From Callorhinchus milii (taxonomy: Eukaryota): a stretch of 64,000 nucleotides of DNA. The notes under the pieces are model-generated. The model did not search any database. It saw only the letters and a list, made by a program, of their open reading frames with translations, and was not told the DNA's origin. Location: assembly GCF_018977255.1 (NCBI RefSeq), contig NW_024704743.1, forward strand, positions 87,422,001 through 87,486,000, read 5' to 3'. Positions 27,016 through 38,535 of this stretch are shown here, piece by piece. Each line of letters begins with the position of its first letter. Within the stretch, counting starts at the first letter, position 1. Made by a program: the position numbers and the translations under genes.

Positions 27016-28271
27016 ACACAGTGTCTTTGGACAAGGGAAATATTCCCTTCTTTTCAGTTATGTTGATCTACTTGATCCAGCCCTTTACCCTTTTGAAGAT
27101 GATTTATATTATGTTGAAAAAAATTCTAAAATATAATGTTTTTTTTCCTCTGGGGAGTTTTATTTAAAAAAACCAAAATGAACACCAATCTTTAAGACAA
27201 TGCTGTGCTTTTCCCTAAATGAAACCGTTTAAATACATCTTTTTCAACATGACAAAAATCTGCTGGTATGTTAGCTGGTGAATGGGTTGGCTGGAGTTTG
27301 TATTTCCATCCAAACAAATTAATTCCTGCTATTGCATCACGGAAACTTGGTGACAGAAGCTCATTTGTAACTGTGGAATTACTGTAGCTGGGCAATGCAA
27401 TTTTGGTCATTGATATTCAGCGCTCAGTCTCTCCATTTCACTTCTGTGATTAACAATTCTATTGTAGATTTTTTTTAGGCTGTAGGATTGTAGAGGAGCT
27501 TGAGTGGAATTTGAACTATATTTTCTATGTTTCCTTGTGTAAAGTTCAATTACTGCCCTGCTAATGAAACAAAATAGTTATTGTTACTAGTTTTTCTTCT
27601 AATCAATCCATATTACTTGTTTCTTTCCCCTTCTCCTTCCATCCACTTGTGTCACCTTATATAGTGACATTATTTATTTTCTGTCCCAATTTCAAACGCC
27701 TGGAGTTTCAAATAGTCTCTGCTTCTTCCCTTCCTCTCCCCTCCCACCTGCAGCAAATATGGTTAAGTCTTCTCAGTGTGATCTAAGTGTGGATGTAGAT
27801 GATCAAATACTCTGCAACACTGCTTCCATTCCGTGCATCTGTGGAAGGTAAAGCTGATCAGGATTGATTGCTTCACAGAGTTAAATTGAATTGATGCCTT
27901 TGGAAATTTGTGCTATGATCTTTGAGAGTTGAGGTGAAACTTGAACAAAGTTGAATGGGTAGATTGCACCCTTGAACACACACACTATGCTATATACAGT
28001 TGAAGCTGCNTTTTTCCCCAGTGCTGAACGTCATAAAGGACAATGACGAATGCCAGACTCCTTCAGTAAAATTGTACCACTTTATATGAAGCACAATGAT
28101 AGTATGTTATTTCATGCTATTTTACAAGAATATAGTAGATTCTCGATTTGCAATAGTCTTCCAAGGTGGTTTATTTGGTATTATGTGATCATTATAGAAT
28201 TACTGATCTATTCAAGTAGATCAGTAGATCAAAGCAGCAGCTAATTTGCATCTAATTAGTTTTGTTACAAG

Positions 28272-28507
28272 GAACAACAACAAAAATAAATTTTATAGCG
28301 TCTTTCACGTCGGGAGGACGTCCCAAGGCGCTGGACGGTGTTCAGCATTTCAGACCCGAGCTGGAGTCAGGGGGGGGGAGAAGGGAGGGAAGGGGTGGGG
28401 GTGGCCGACGGCATGGTTGAAGAGAAGGGTCTTGAGGCGGGACTTCAAGGAGGCTAAGGAGGGGGTGAGGCAGAGTGATTGGGGGATGGAATTCCAGAGG
28501 TTGGGGG
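28272..28507 (-). mobile_element. L2 3' end fragment
   Basis: Reverse complement of the 3' end of the L2 copy at 51098-52052. Confidence 0.85.
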
Positions 28508-29088
28508 AAGTCAGAATCTGTCAACAGTAATAGTTAATTAAATCATTTTAGAACATGATAGGAATATTTTTAAAATGGAGCATCATTTTTATCAAGTTAC
28601 CTTAATGTTCTTTATTCTTAACTGCAATCTCACGAATCCCTGTGTTTATAAGCATTCAAATTTGCAACATGAATTGAATCAGTTATGACTAATGTATTAA
28701 ATATTGTATCCAATATTAGCTAGATTCAGTTAATCGGATTTAGATCACCATCACTTTTCTCTCTTGCTTTGAAATAGTTACAGTATGTGAGTTTCTCCAT
28801 GCCTCCCAAGTGTCTCTCCACCATCTTCAGGGAGAGAGCGTGGAATTAGGATCACAATGTCCAGACAGCGGACCGCTAACAAGTTTTGATTTTAATGTCT
28901 GATTCCTTGAATTTAACAATACAAGGACACGCTTTGAGCGCTCCAAGCTGCTGTACTGCGTGAAGAGTGCTACATATATACACAGGATACAGTAAATGCA
29001 TGTTGTTGTAAATCACTGGAACTAAGTAAAAGTTGCACCACGTACTGCCAGGTGCAATCACCATTTCAGATATGATCTGGGGCCTCTA

Positions 29089-29447
29089 TAATAATATACT
29101 AATCTGTGCATTTGATAAAGCGCCTTATATAGAGCACTCGCTTTGCAAGCGAGAGACCCGAGTTCAATTCCAGGCAGAGGGCGAAACCTTGGGCAAGTTT
29201 CCTTACTCCACAGAGCCTAATAATAATCCCTCCAAAACCCAAAACAATAATAAATTGGTCATTTTCAATCCACGACTGTTTGTGGGACATTGCAGTTTGT
29301 GGGACGTTAGTGTGTTCTGTGAAGCGCTTTGGGACGTCCTCCCGCCGTGAAAAGCGCTATATCAAATGCAAGGATTATTATTATTATCATGTCTTCGAGA
29401 CATCTCAAAGCGCTTCACAGAATATACAGCAAAGTGAATTGGCTGTA
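29089..29447. mobile_element. SINE (+, 29130-29387) nested in the tail of an antisense SINE
   Basis: Host tail tgcatttgataaagcgccttat (to 29128) resumes as ttatcatgtcttcgagacatctcaaagcgc at 29384. Confidence 0.85.
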
Positions 29448-29583
29448 CCCCAACTACTAGGAATTGACTGTGTTTTACCAAGTGAGGGTGAGGATTTACG
29501 TCGCCATTGGTGATTTACAAAGACGTGTGCGTGCGTGTGTGTGTGTCCATGTTTTCATAGCATGAAGAAGGTGGGGGGGGAAA

Positions 29584-29710
29584 TCACAGAATGATACAGC
29601 ACAGAAGGAGGCCATTTGGGCCGCGGTGTCGGTGCCGGGTCTTTGAAAAGAGCTTTTCCAGTTCAATCCCACCGCCCGCGCCCTCCCCATAGCCCCGCAA
29701 AGCTAATCTG
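29584..29710 (-). mobile_element. CR1 3' end fragment (a similar copy lies at about 3210-3350)
   Basis: Reverse complement of the 3' UTR of the 8620-9463 CR1 (cagcacagaaggaggccatttgg...ccccatagccc). Confidence 0.8.
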
Positions 29711-29805
29711 CACCAGCCTCTGGCTCTACTCCAGGGCCGGTTTGTGTTGGAGCCGGTGCTCGGGTCGGACGGGCTAAATCCGGCACAAAGTGTCACAGGC
29801 CGGCA

Positions 29806-30395
29806 GTGTCAGGGGGGGTCGGGGGGGGGGTTACGGGGGGGGTGTCGGTGGGGGGGGGGGTTGGGGGGGTGCGGTTGGGGGGGGTTGGGGGGTGGGGGGT
29901 GTCGAGGGGGGGGTTACGGGGGGGGGGTGTCGGTGGGGGGGGTTGGGGGCGGGGTGTTGAGGGGGGGTTACGGGGGGGGTTACGGGGGGGGTGTCGGTGG
30001 GGGGTGTCGAGGGGGGGGTTACGGGGGGGTGTCGGGGGGGGGTGTGGGGGGGGGTGTCGAGGGGGGGGTGTCGGTGGGGGGGGGTGGGGTGTCGGGGGGG
30101 TGTCGAGGGGGGGTTACGGGGGGGGGGGTGTCGGGGGGGGGGGGGTGTGGGGGGGGGGGTGTGGGGGGTGTGTCGAGGGGGGGTTACGGGGGGGTGTCGG
30201 GGGGGGTTGTGGGGGGGGTGTCGAGGGGGGGGTTACGGGGGGGTGTCGGTGGGGGGGGTGTCGAGGGGGGGGTTACGGGGGGGTGTCGGTGGGGGGGTGG
30301 GGTGTCGTGGGGGGTTGTGGGGGGGGGTGTCGAGGGGGGGGTTACGGGGGGTGTCGGTGGGGGGGGGTTGTGTGGGGGGGGGGTGCGGTTGGGGC
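29806..30395 (+). repeat. G-tract minisatellite (G7-10 runs separated by TGTCGA, TTAC, TGTCGGT or TGT)
   Basis: Seen directly; recurring unit approximately GnTGTCGA-GnTTAC-GnTGTCGGT. Confidence 0.95.
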
Positions 30396-30835
30396 TGTCA
30401 ATCACAGCGAACTTCATGAGGCGCTCCCTGCCGGACAACCGAGCTTGACCAGCCTCGAGCAGAGCCCGCCCTCCCGCCCCTCGTCACTCTGGGTGACGCG
30501 CGCGAGGACCAATAGCGCGGCGGCTTGCCGGGCCTCCGCGTGCTGATTGGTGCGTCCGCCCGTCCGTCAGGCGATCGCCCCGGACGCCGCCCCGCCAGCA
30601 CGGTGGGTTGCGGCGGCGGTTGATGGCCTGCGGTGGCCGTGGGTGATGGTGGCGAACTGAGAGCGGAGCAGCCGCACAGCACAGCGCAGTGCGGCGCGCG
30701 GACCATGAACAGGTTCACGGGGGGAAAAATGAAGACACCCGCGAGGAAAGAGCCGAGAACCAGTTACAAGTATTCCATGGTGAGTGGGCACAGGGCCGCC
30801 CCCGGCACCGGAATGGTCTCCAGCGAGAGGAGGGG
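30390..30835 (+). promoter_or_regulatory. CpG-island internal promoter of OXR1
   Basis: Only CpG-dense non-repeat island in the introns. CCAAT 30509-30513, inverted CCAAT (ATTGG) 30546-30550, half-CRE CGTCA 30482-30486 and TGACG 30494-30498, several CCGCCC GC boxes; lies directly upstream of the alternative first exon. Confidence 0.8.
30705..30779 (+). CDS. OXR1: Alternative first coding exon of the short TLDc-only OXR1 isoform (25 aa)
   Basis: Kozak gaccATGa inside a CpG island; MNRFTGGKMKTPARKEPRTSYKYSM then ATG|gtgagt, a phase-0 donor. Resembles the mammalian short-isoform N-terminus (recalled as MSRLWYGKKGRRHQPINHKYTL). Confidence 0.85.
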
Positions 30836-33800
30836 CTGTGAGTGTCTGTGTGTGTGAGTGTCTGTGTGTGTGAGTGTTTGTGTGTGTGAGTGTCTGTGTG
30901 AGTGTGTGTGAGTGTCTGTATGAGTGTCTGTGTGTGTGAGTGAGTGTCTGTGTGTGTGTGTCTGTGTGTGTGTGTGAGTGTCTGTGTGTGTGTGAGTGTC
31001 TGTGAGTGTGAGTGAGTGTCTGTGTGTGAGTGAGTGTCTGTGTGTGAGTGTCTGTGTGTGTGTGAGTGTCTGTGTGTGTGTGAGTGTCTGTGTGTGTGTG
31101 AGTGTCTGTGTGTGTGTGAGTGTCTGTGTGTGTGTGAGTGTCTGTGTGAGTGTGTGAGTGTCTGTGTGAGTGTGTGAGTGTCTGTGTGAGTGTCTGTGTG
31201 TGTGAGTGAGTGTCTGTGTGTGTGTGAGTGTCTGTGTGTGAGTGAGTGTTTGTGTGTGTGTGAGTGTCTGTGTGTGTGTGAGTGTCTGTGTGTGTGTGTG
31301 AGTGTCTGTGTGTGAGTGAGTGTCTGTGTGTGTGAGTGTCTGTGTGTGTGTGAGTGTGAGTGTCTGTGTGTGAGTGAGTGTCTGTGTGTGTGAGTGAGTG
31401 TCTGTGTGTGTGTGTGTGAGTGTCTGTGTGTGTGTGTCTGTGTGTGTGAGTGTCTGTGTGTGTGAGTGTGTGTGAGTGTCTGTGTGTGTGAGTGTGAGTG
31501 TCTGTGTGTGAGTGTCTGTGTGTGAGTGTCTGTGTGTGTGTGTCTGTGTGTGTGAGTGTCTGTGTGTGTGTGTGAGTGTGTGTGAGTGTCTGTGTGTGTG
31601 AGTGTCTGTGTGTGTGAGTGTCTGTGTGAGTGTCTGTGTGAGTGAGTGTCTGTGTGTGAGTGTCTGTGTGTGTGTGAGTGTCTCTGTGTGTGTGAGTGAG
31701 TGTCTGTGTGTGTGTGTGAGTGAGTGTCTGTGTGTGTGTGAGTGTGTGTGTGTGAGTGTCTGTGTGTGTGAGAGTGTCTGTGTGTGTGTGAGTGTCTGTG
31801 TCTGTGTGTGTGTGTGACTGTCTGTGTGTGAGTGTCTGTGTGTGTGAGTGTCTGTGTGTGTGAGTGTCTGTGTGTGAGTGAGTGTCTGTGTGTGTGTGAG
31901 TGAGTGTCTGTGTGTGTGTGTGAGTGTCTGTGTGTGTGAGTGTCTGTGTGTGTGAGTGTCTGTGTGTGTGAGTGTCTGTGTGTGTGAGTGTCTGTGTGTG
32001 TGTGAGTGTCTGTGTGTGTGTGAGTGTCTGTGTGTGTGTGAGTGTCTGTGTGTGTGTGGTGTCTGTGTGGGTGTGTGTGAGTGTCTGTGTGTGTGTGAGT
32101 GTCTGTGTGTGTGTGAGTGTCTGTGTGTGTGTGAGTGTCTGTGTGTGTGTGAGTGTCTGTGTGTGTGTGAGTGTCTGTGTGTGTGTGAGTGTCTGTGTCT
32201 GTGTGTGTGTGTGTGAGTGTCTGTGTGTGTGTGTCTGTGTGTGAGTGTCTGTGTGTGTGAGTGTCTGTGTGTGTGAGTGTGTGTGAGTGTGTGTGAGTGT
32301 CTGTGTGAGTGTGAGTGAGTGTCTCTGTGTGTGTGAGTGAGTGTCTGTGTGTGTGTGTGAGTGAGTGTCTGTGTGTGAGTGAGTGTCTGTGTGTGAGTGA
32401 GTGTCTGTGTGTGTGAGTGTCTCTGTGTGTGTGTGTGAGTGTCTGTGTCTGTGTGAGTGTCTGTGTGTGTGTGAGTGTCTGTGTGTGTGTGAGTGTCTGT
32501 GTGTGTGTGAGTGAGTGTCTGTGTGTGTGTCTGTGTGTGTCTCTGTGTGTGTGAGTGAGTGTCTGTGTGTGTGTGTGAGTGAGTGTCTGTGTGTGTGTGA
32601 GTGTCTGTGTGTGTGTGAGTGAGTGTCTGTGTGTGAGTGAGTGTCTGTGTGTGTGTGAGTGTCTGTGTGTGTGTGAGTGTCTGTGTGTGTGTGAGTGTCT
32701 GTGTGTGTGAGTGTCTGTGTGAGTGAGTGTCTGTGTGTGTGTGAGTGTCTGTGTGTGTGTGAGTGTCTGTGTGTGTGTGTGTGTCTGTGTGTGTGTGTGT
32801 CTGTGTGTGTGTGAGTGTCTGTGTGTGAGTGAGTGTCTGTGTGTGTGTGAGTGTCTGTGTGTGAGTGAGTGTCTGTGTGTGAGTGAGTGTCTGTGTGTGA
32901 GTGAGTGTCTGTGTGTGTGTGTCTGTGTGTGTGTGTCTGTGTGTGTGTGTGTCTGTGTGTGTGTGTGTCTGTGTCTGTGTGTCTGTGTGTCTGTGTGAGT
33001 GTGTGAGTGAGTGTCTGTGGGTGAGTGAGTGTCTGTGGGTGAGTGAGTGTCTGTGTGTGTGTGAGTGTCTGTGTGTGTGAGTGTCTGTGTGTGTGAGTGT
33101 CTGTGTGTGTGTGTGTCTGTGTGTGTGTGAGTGTCTGTGTGTGTGTGAGTGAGTGTCTGTGTGTGAGTGAGTGTCTGTGTGTGAGTGAGTGTCTGTGTGA
33201 GTGTGTGTGAGTGTCTGTGTGTGTGAGTGTCTGTGTGTGTGAGTGTCTGTGTGAGTGAGTGTCTGTGTGTGTGAGTGAGTGTCTGTGTGTGTGTGTGTGT
33301 CTGTGTGTGTGTGAGTGTCTGTGTGTGAGTGAGTGTCTGTGTGTGTGTGAGTGTCTGTGTGTGAGTGAGTGTCTGTGTGTGAGTGAGTGTCTGTGTGTGT
33401 GAGTGAGTGTCTGTGTGTGTGTGTGTCTCTGTGTGTGTGTGTCTGTGTGTGTGTGTCTGTGTGTGTGTGTGTCTGCGTGTGTGTGTGTCTGTGTGTCTGT
33501 GTGAGTGTGTGAGTGAGTGTCTGTGGGTGAGTGAGTGTCTGTGGGTGAGTGAGTGTCTGTGTGTGTGTGAGTGTCTGTGTGTGAGTGAGTGTCTGTGTGT
33601 GTGTGTGTGTCTGTGTGTGTGAGTGTCTGTGTGTGTGTGAGTGTCTGTGTGTGTGTCTGTGTGAGTGTCTGTGTGAGTGTCTGTGTGTGTGTGAGTGTGT
33701 GTGTGTGTCTGTGTGTGAGTGAGTCTCTGTGAGTGTGTGTGGGTTTCTGTGAGTGTGAGTGTGTCTCTGTGTGTGGGTGCGTGTGGGTGGGGGCGTGTCT

Positions 33801-33960
33801 CGGTGTGGGTGCGTGTGACTCTGGGTGTGTGGGTGGGTGCGCCTCTGGGGTTGGGTGCGTCTCTGGGGTGGGTGTGGCTGGGTGTGTGTGTGTGTCTCTG
33901 CGTGTGCGCGCGAGCGTCTCTGTGCGCGAGTGTCTCTGTGTGTGTGTGTGTGTGTATGTC
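30836..33960 (+). repeat. About 3.1 kb compound microsatellite (GT)n/GAGT/GTCT
   Basis: Seen directly; unit GAGTGTCT(GT)3-7. Confidence 0.98.
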
Positions 33961-34019
33961 GGTGTCTGTACCTGAGATGTCATCTGGTGTGAAGGGCGCT
34001 ATATAAATGCAAGTTGTTG

Positions 34020-34935
34020 TACCTGTGTTTGTACCTGTTTCCATGTGTGTGTGTCTGTTACCATATCTGTGTATGTCTGTCACTGTGTCTATATGTGTGT
34101 GTCTGTTACCATGTCTGTTACTTTGTCCATGTGTGTGTGTGTGCCTGTTACTATGTTCATGTGTGTGCCTGTTACCATGTCCATGTGTGTGCCTGTTACC
34201 ATGCCCGTGTCTTGTGGACCCGTGACCATGTGGGCCCATGACCCTGTCTCTGTCTGTGTGACCCTCTGTCTGGGCACAGCTGAGTGTTTCTCCGATTGTA
34301 TGTTTGTGTCGGTCTGTGTTTGTTTGTATCTGAAAGCCTGTGTGCGCCCACTTGTCTGTCTTTGTGTCCCTGTCTGTTCCTGCCTGTCTGCCTGTGTGTC
34401 CCTGTCCTGTCTGCCTGCCTGTGTGCACCTTGCCTGCCTGCCTGCCTGTGTGCACCTTGCCTGCCTGCCTGCCTGTGTGCGCCTTGCCTGCCTGCCTGCC
34501 TGTGTGCGCCTTGCCTGCCTGCCTGCCTGTGTGCGCCTTGCCTGCCTGCCTGCCTGTGTGCGCCTTGCCTGCCTGCCTGCCTGCGCCTTGCCTGCCTGCC
34601 TGCCTGTGTGCGCCTTGCCTGCCTGCCTGCCTGCGCCTTGCCTGCCTGCCTGCCTGTGTGTCCCTGTCCTGCCTGCCTGCCTGTGTGCGCCTTGCCTGCC
34701 TGCGCCTTGCCTGCCTGCCTGCCTGTGTGTCCCTGTCCTGCCTGCCTGCCTGTGTGCGCCTTGCCTGCCTGCCTGCCTGTGTGCGCCTTGCCTGCCTGCC
34801 TGCCTGTGTGCGCCTTGCCTGCCTGCCTGCCTGTGTGCGCCTTGCCTGCCTGCCTGCCTGCCTGTGTGCGCCTTGCCTGCCTGCCTGTGTGCGCCTTGCC
34901 TGCCTGCCTGCCTGTGTGCGCCTTGCCTGCCTGCC
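34020..34935 (+). repeat. Minisatellite ctgttaccatgt... (34020-34230) and compound (GCCT)n/GTGTGCGCCTT repeat (34380-34935)
   Basis: Seen directly. Confidence 0.92.
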
Positions 34936-35695
34936 TGTTTGTGTCTATCTCTGTCTGTGATAGCGCTCTGTATATGTCTCAGCATTGGTCCTGACGTGAA
35001 AGGCGCTGTACAATTGTAATTTTGTTGTTGTTGTTGGGTCCCTGTCTCTCTCTGTCTCTGCCCCGTATGGTCACACTGTGAATCTGTTTGCCTGTATCTC
35101 TGTCTCTGTGTGTGGTTGTCTTTGTGTGCCTGAGGGTAAAATCCTAACCTTCTCATCCCTCCCCCCTGCACATACACAGTTGACCTAAATTCACTTGAAG
35201 AAGAAAAAATCACATTGAAATTACAGATGCTGAACCTGACTCCCAATTCCTTAGTTTAGATATTTCTTTCTTGTCATCTCCCTTCCTCACTCACTGCTGC
35301 TGTATTTGGCTCTCTGTATCGGTTATAAAACCCTCCAGTATTTTGACAGTGGTTGACACTTTTTTGAAAAATCTTAAGAGATCTTCCCCATATTTCTACA
35401 GGTGTACATTGTCTTTTCATTTAAATTATTTTATTAAATATATCAAAAGTGCAGTACCATTTTCTAAAAATTAGCATGTTTCTTCTGCCTTGGTTTTGAG
35501 GCTTCCTTTAAATGAATCTGTATTTTTTTAACTGCTTCTGCAACCCTACACCAGCCAGCTTCTAATACAGCAGGAGGGACAGTTGTTATGACGTCTTTCT
35601 CTGTACTCTAAGCCAAGACTGAAGATTGTGTCTTCAATGTTTTGTTTTGGAGGGGGTTTGTTTTTCTAAAACTTTCTATTTACTTCAAGTTTTGT

Positions 35696-36010
35696 GGAGT
35701 CCTGTAGCTCAGTGATTAGAGCACTCGCTTTGCAAGCGAAGAGACCTGGGTTCAATTCCAGGCAGGGCGAAACCTTGGGCAAGTTTCCTTACTCCACACA
35801 CCTAATAATAATCCCTCCAAAACAAAACAATAATAAATTGGTCATTTTCAATCCATGACTGTTTGTGGGACATTGCTGTGCGCAATTGGCTGCCGCGTTT
35901 CGCCCACAAAAATATACAGTCAATTCACTTTACAGTATATTCTGTGAAGCGCTTTGAGAAGTCTCAAAGACGTGAAAAGCGCTATATCAAATGCAAGGAT
36001 TATTATTATT
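35696..36010 (+). mobile_element. Full-length SINE, short subfamily
   Basis: Matches the 1007 and 9987 copies. Confidence 0.9.
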
Positions 36011-36556
36011 TCTGTATGCTTCAGAGAGCACAGTATTGAAAGAAATCTACCAATTCATTAGAGCCCTCTTATTCTCAAATGTGCTGTAATGCATATTATT
36101 ATAATTTTAATAATTCTACTGCAGCATTTTTTTTTAAATTCTACCCTGTACACAGAGTTTGAATTGATTTAATAAGTGGAATTTTAGAAGATTTTTTTGC
36201 TATTTTGAATTAACCTGTAGTAAAAGGCACATATAATAATAATAAACCTTGCATTGATATAGCGTTTTTCACGTCTTCTAGATGTCTCAAAGTTCTTCAC
36301 AGAATAGACTGTAAAGTGAATTGACTGTATATTTGTGATCAAAATGAGGGAAAAGGATATTTACACGAATTGCAGCATTGTAATCACCTGTTATAGGTCA
36401 AATGCTCCCTTTCAAAGTGATGTATGCGAAACAATTTCTCCATATTTGTTTTTATTATTTTGAATTTGATGTAACTGGATTTAATACCAATAAAGCTAAT
36501 TAAGCTTCAAAGAACAAGATTAGAGTTTACAATAAAGTGCAATAAGATGAAATATA

Positions 36557-36985
36557 AGAACAACAAATTACATTTGTACAGTGCCTTTCACGTCAGGAGG
36601 ACGTCCCAAGGCTCTGGACAGTTAGGGATCCGCACCCGAGCAGTGGTTGGAATCAGGAACGAGGGAGAGTGGGAGGGTGACAGAAGGTACGGTCAAAGAG
36701 GATGGTCTTGAGATGGGACTTGAAGGAGGCAAGGGAGGGGGTAAGCAGAGGGATTGCGGAATGGAGTTCCAGAGGGTGGAGGCAGAGAGGCTGAAGGCCC
36801 ACCCACCGATGGAGAGGCAGGCCAGGCAGGGGATGTGAAGCAGTCCAGAGCTCGCTGAGCAGATGGAGTGGACAGGTTGGTAGGAGGTCACAGAGGTAGA
36901 GAGGAGCAAAGCCATGGAGGGCTTTGAAAGCGAGGACCAGGATCTTGAACTGTATCCTCTGAGTGATGGGAAGCCAGTGGAGCAT
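36557..36985 (-). mobile_element. L2 3' fragment
   Basis: LHWLPITQRIQFKILVLAFKALHGFAPLYL plus tail. Confidence 0.88.
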
Positions 36986-38535
36986 TGATCGGTGATGTAA
37001 TTGTTACAAAAATGACGCATTGCTCTACTCGAGCCTTAAGCAACGTGATCATATTAAGCTAAATGAACATAGTAAATTTACTTGCAATGCCATGCAGTGC
37101 AGAATTTTACTGATGTGACATGAGTTATGCTTCTTTAAAATTAAATTAAACATTGAGCCTCAATGGAAGGTGTAGTCTTTTTGCTAACTAGGCACAAAAG
37201 TATCAAAGCAATTAACCAATGATCGTGGTTGTGTATGGTGTAGTGCTTTTGGGATGCGGAGAATAAAGACAATTCTGTCATTCTAAAGTAAAAACACGTT
37301 TAAAAAAGAAATTGATTAATGCTAGGTATCCAAAAATGTCCAGGTGTGCTCTGCCTCGCACTTGCGCACTCTAGGCCTGTATGTAATCGGATAGATATTA
37401 TCCTATTTTCCTTGTCTTCCAGCCTGATGAGCATTAATTTTATTTTCCTGATTATTCTAAAATAAATTAGTTTTATCAGTCTCAAGCTACCTTTGGTAAA
37501 TATGAGCTCACATTATTTTTAGCTTGACATTTGTGTATCACAATACAACTGTGTTTGAGAGCTCAAAAGTAGATCAGTTGAATTAATACACATTACTGAT
37601 GTGGAAGTAGGCAACAATTGTAAAATATTGGCAAAGGGATACCTTACACTGAAACTATTCAGATAAATGTACTCTTGTTCTGCAATTTTTTTTCAAAATA
37701 GCCTATAACCTGGTCAACTTTGTATGATTTCAGTTTCGGAGATTCATAGTTTCAATCAAAGAATTCTTCATTTCTTTAAATTGACTCAGTTTAATTGTTT
37801 CTGCCAACCATTTCACTCAGTCAGTGATTTCAACTAAATATCTACACTGGGTAGCTACTACTTTGATGTAGTAACTAACCAAACATATTTCATAAAACTG
37901 GTATTCTCACACTTGAATGAACGTTGTTACTCATGTCCTTTTTGAAATATATATATGTGTAGGATTAAATGGAGCAATTATCCAAAGGTTATTGTGGTGG
38001 CTTAGAGAGACAATGCTGTGTTTTATTTGTGTAGAGCTCAGGATGGGAAATGAAAATAGCACAGCAGATTAACATACTTTTTTTTTTACCTTTAATTGTG
38101 TTTCATTCAGCCCGGAGTAATGGATTCAAAAATGATTTTTTCTGCCAGATTCAACTTGATTTCTAATAGTTATGGACCCACTGCAGAAATTAGTCCCAAA
38201 GAAACTGGCATTAAATTGTCAATTCACACAGCAATAGCTGGTTTGAGAATGTCTGTCGGGGGAAACTGAATTAATTTTGGTGTATAAAAAGGTGCTTCTC
38301 TGAGATTTGAGTTCAGGCAGATTATTGCTGGAGAGGAACCTGAAATCTGAATTTTTCAGAAATCAATACGGCGCAGTTCTGATTACAGAATTACTGAATA
38401 GCTGTAAACTTGGTGTATGGTTCATTTGTAGGCAATGTAAGGTTTATTATTATTAATTTAGCAAGTTTTTATTGTTCGGAATGTCTGTTTTGTTCTGCGT
38501 TCTTTTCCTCCGGTCATTATGTGTAGAGAATTATT

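Noticed and set aside
29820..30350. Interstitial telomeric repeat
   Set aside because: The motif is GGGTTAC within long G runs, not tandem TTAGGG.
29744..30546. Gly-rich ORFs of 142-246 aa
   Set aside because: Produced by the G-tract repeat, which is open in all three frames.
30567..34455. 1138-aa and 1246-aa His/Thr-rich ORFs on the - strand
   Set aside because: They are translations of the (CA)n-type microsatellite, which lacks stop codons; there is no domain content.
34045..35246. Cys/Leu/Pro/Ala-rich and Gln/Ala/Gly/Arg-rich ORFs
   Set aside because: Translations of the (GCCT)n compound repeat.
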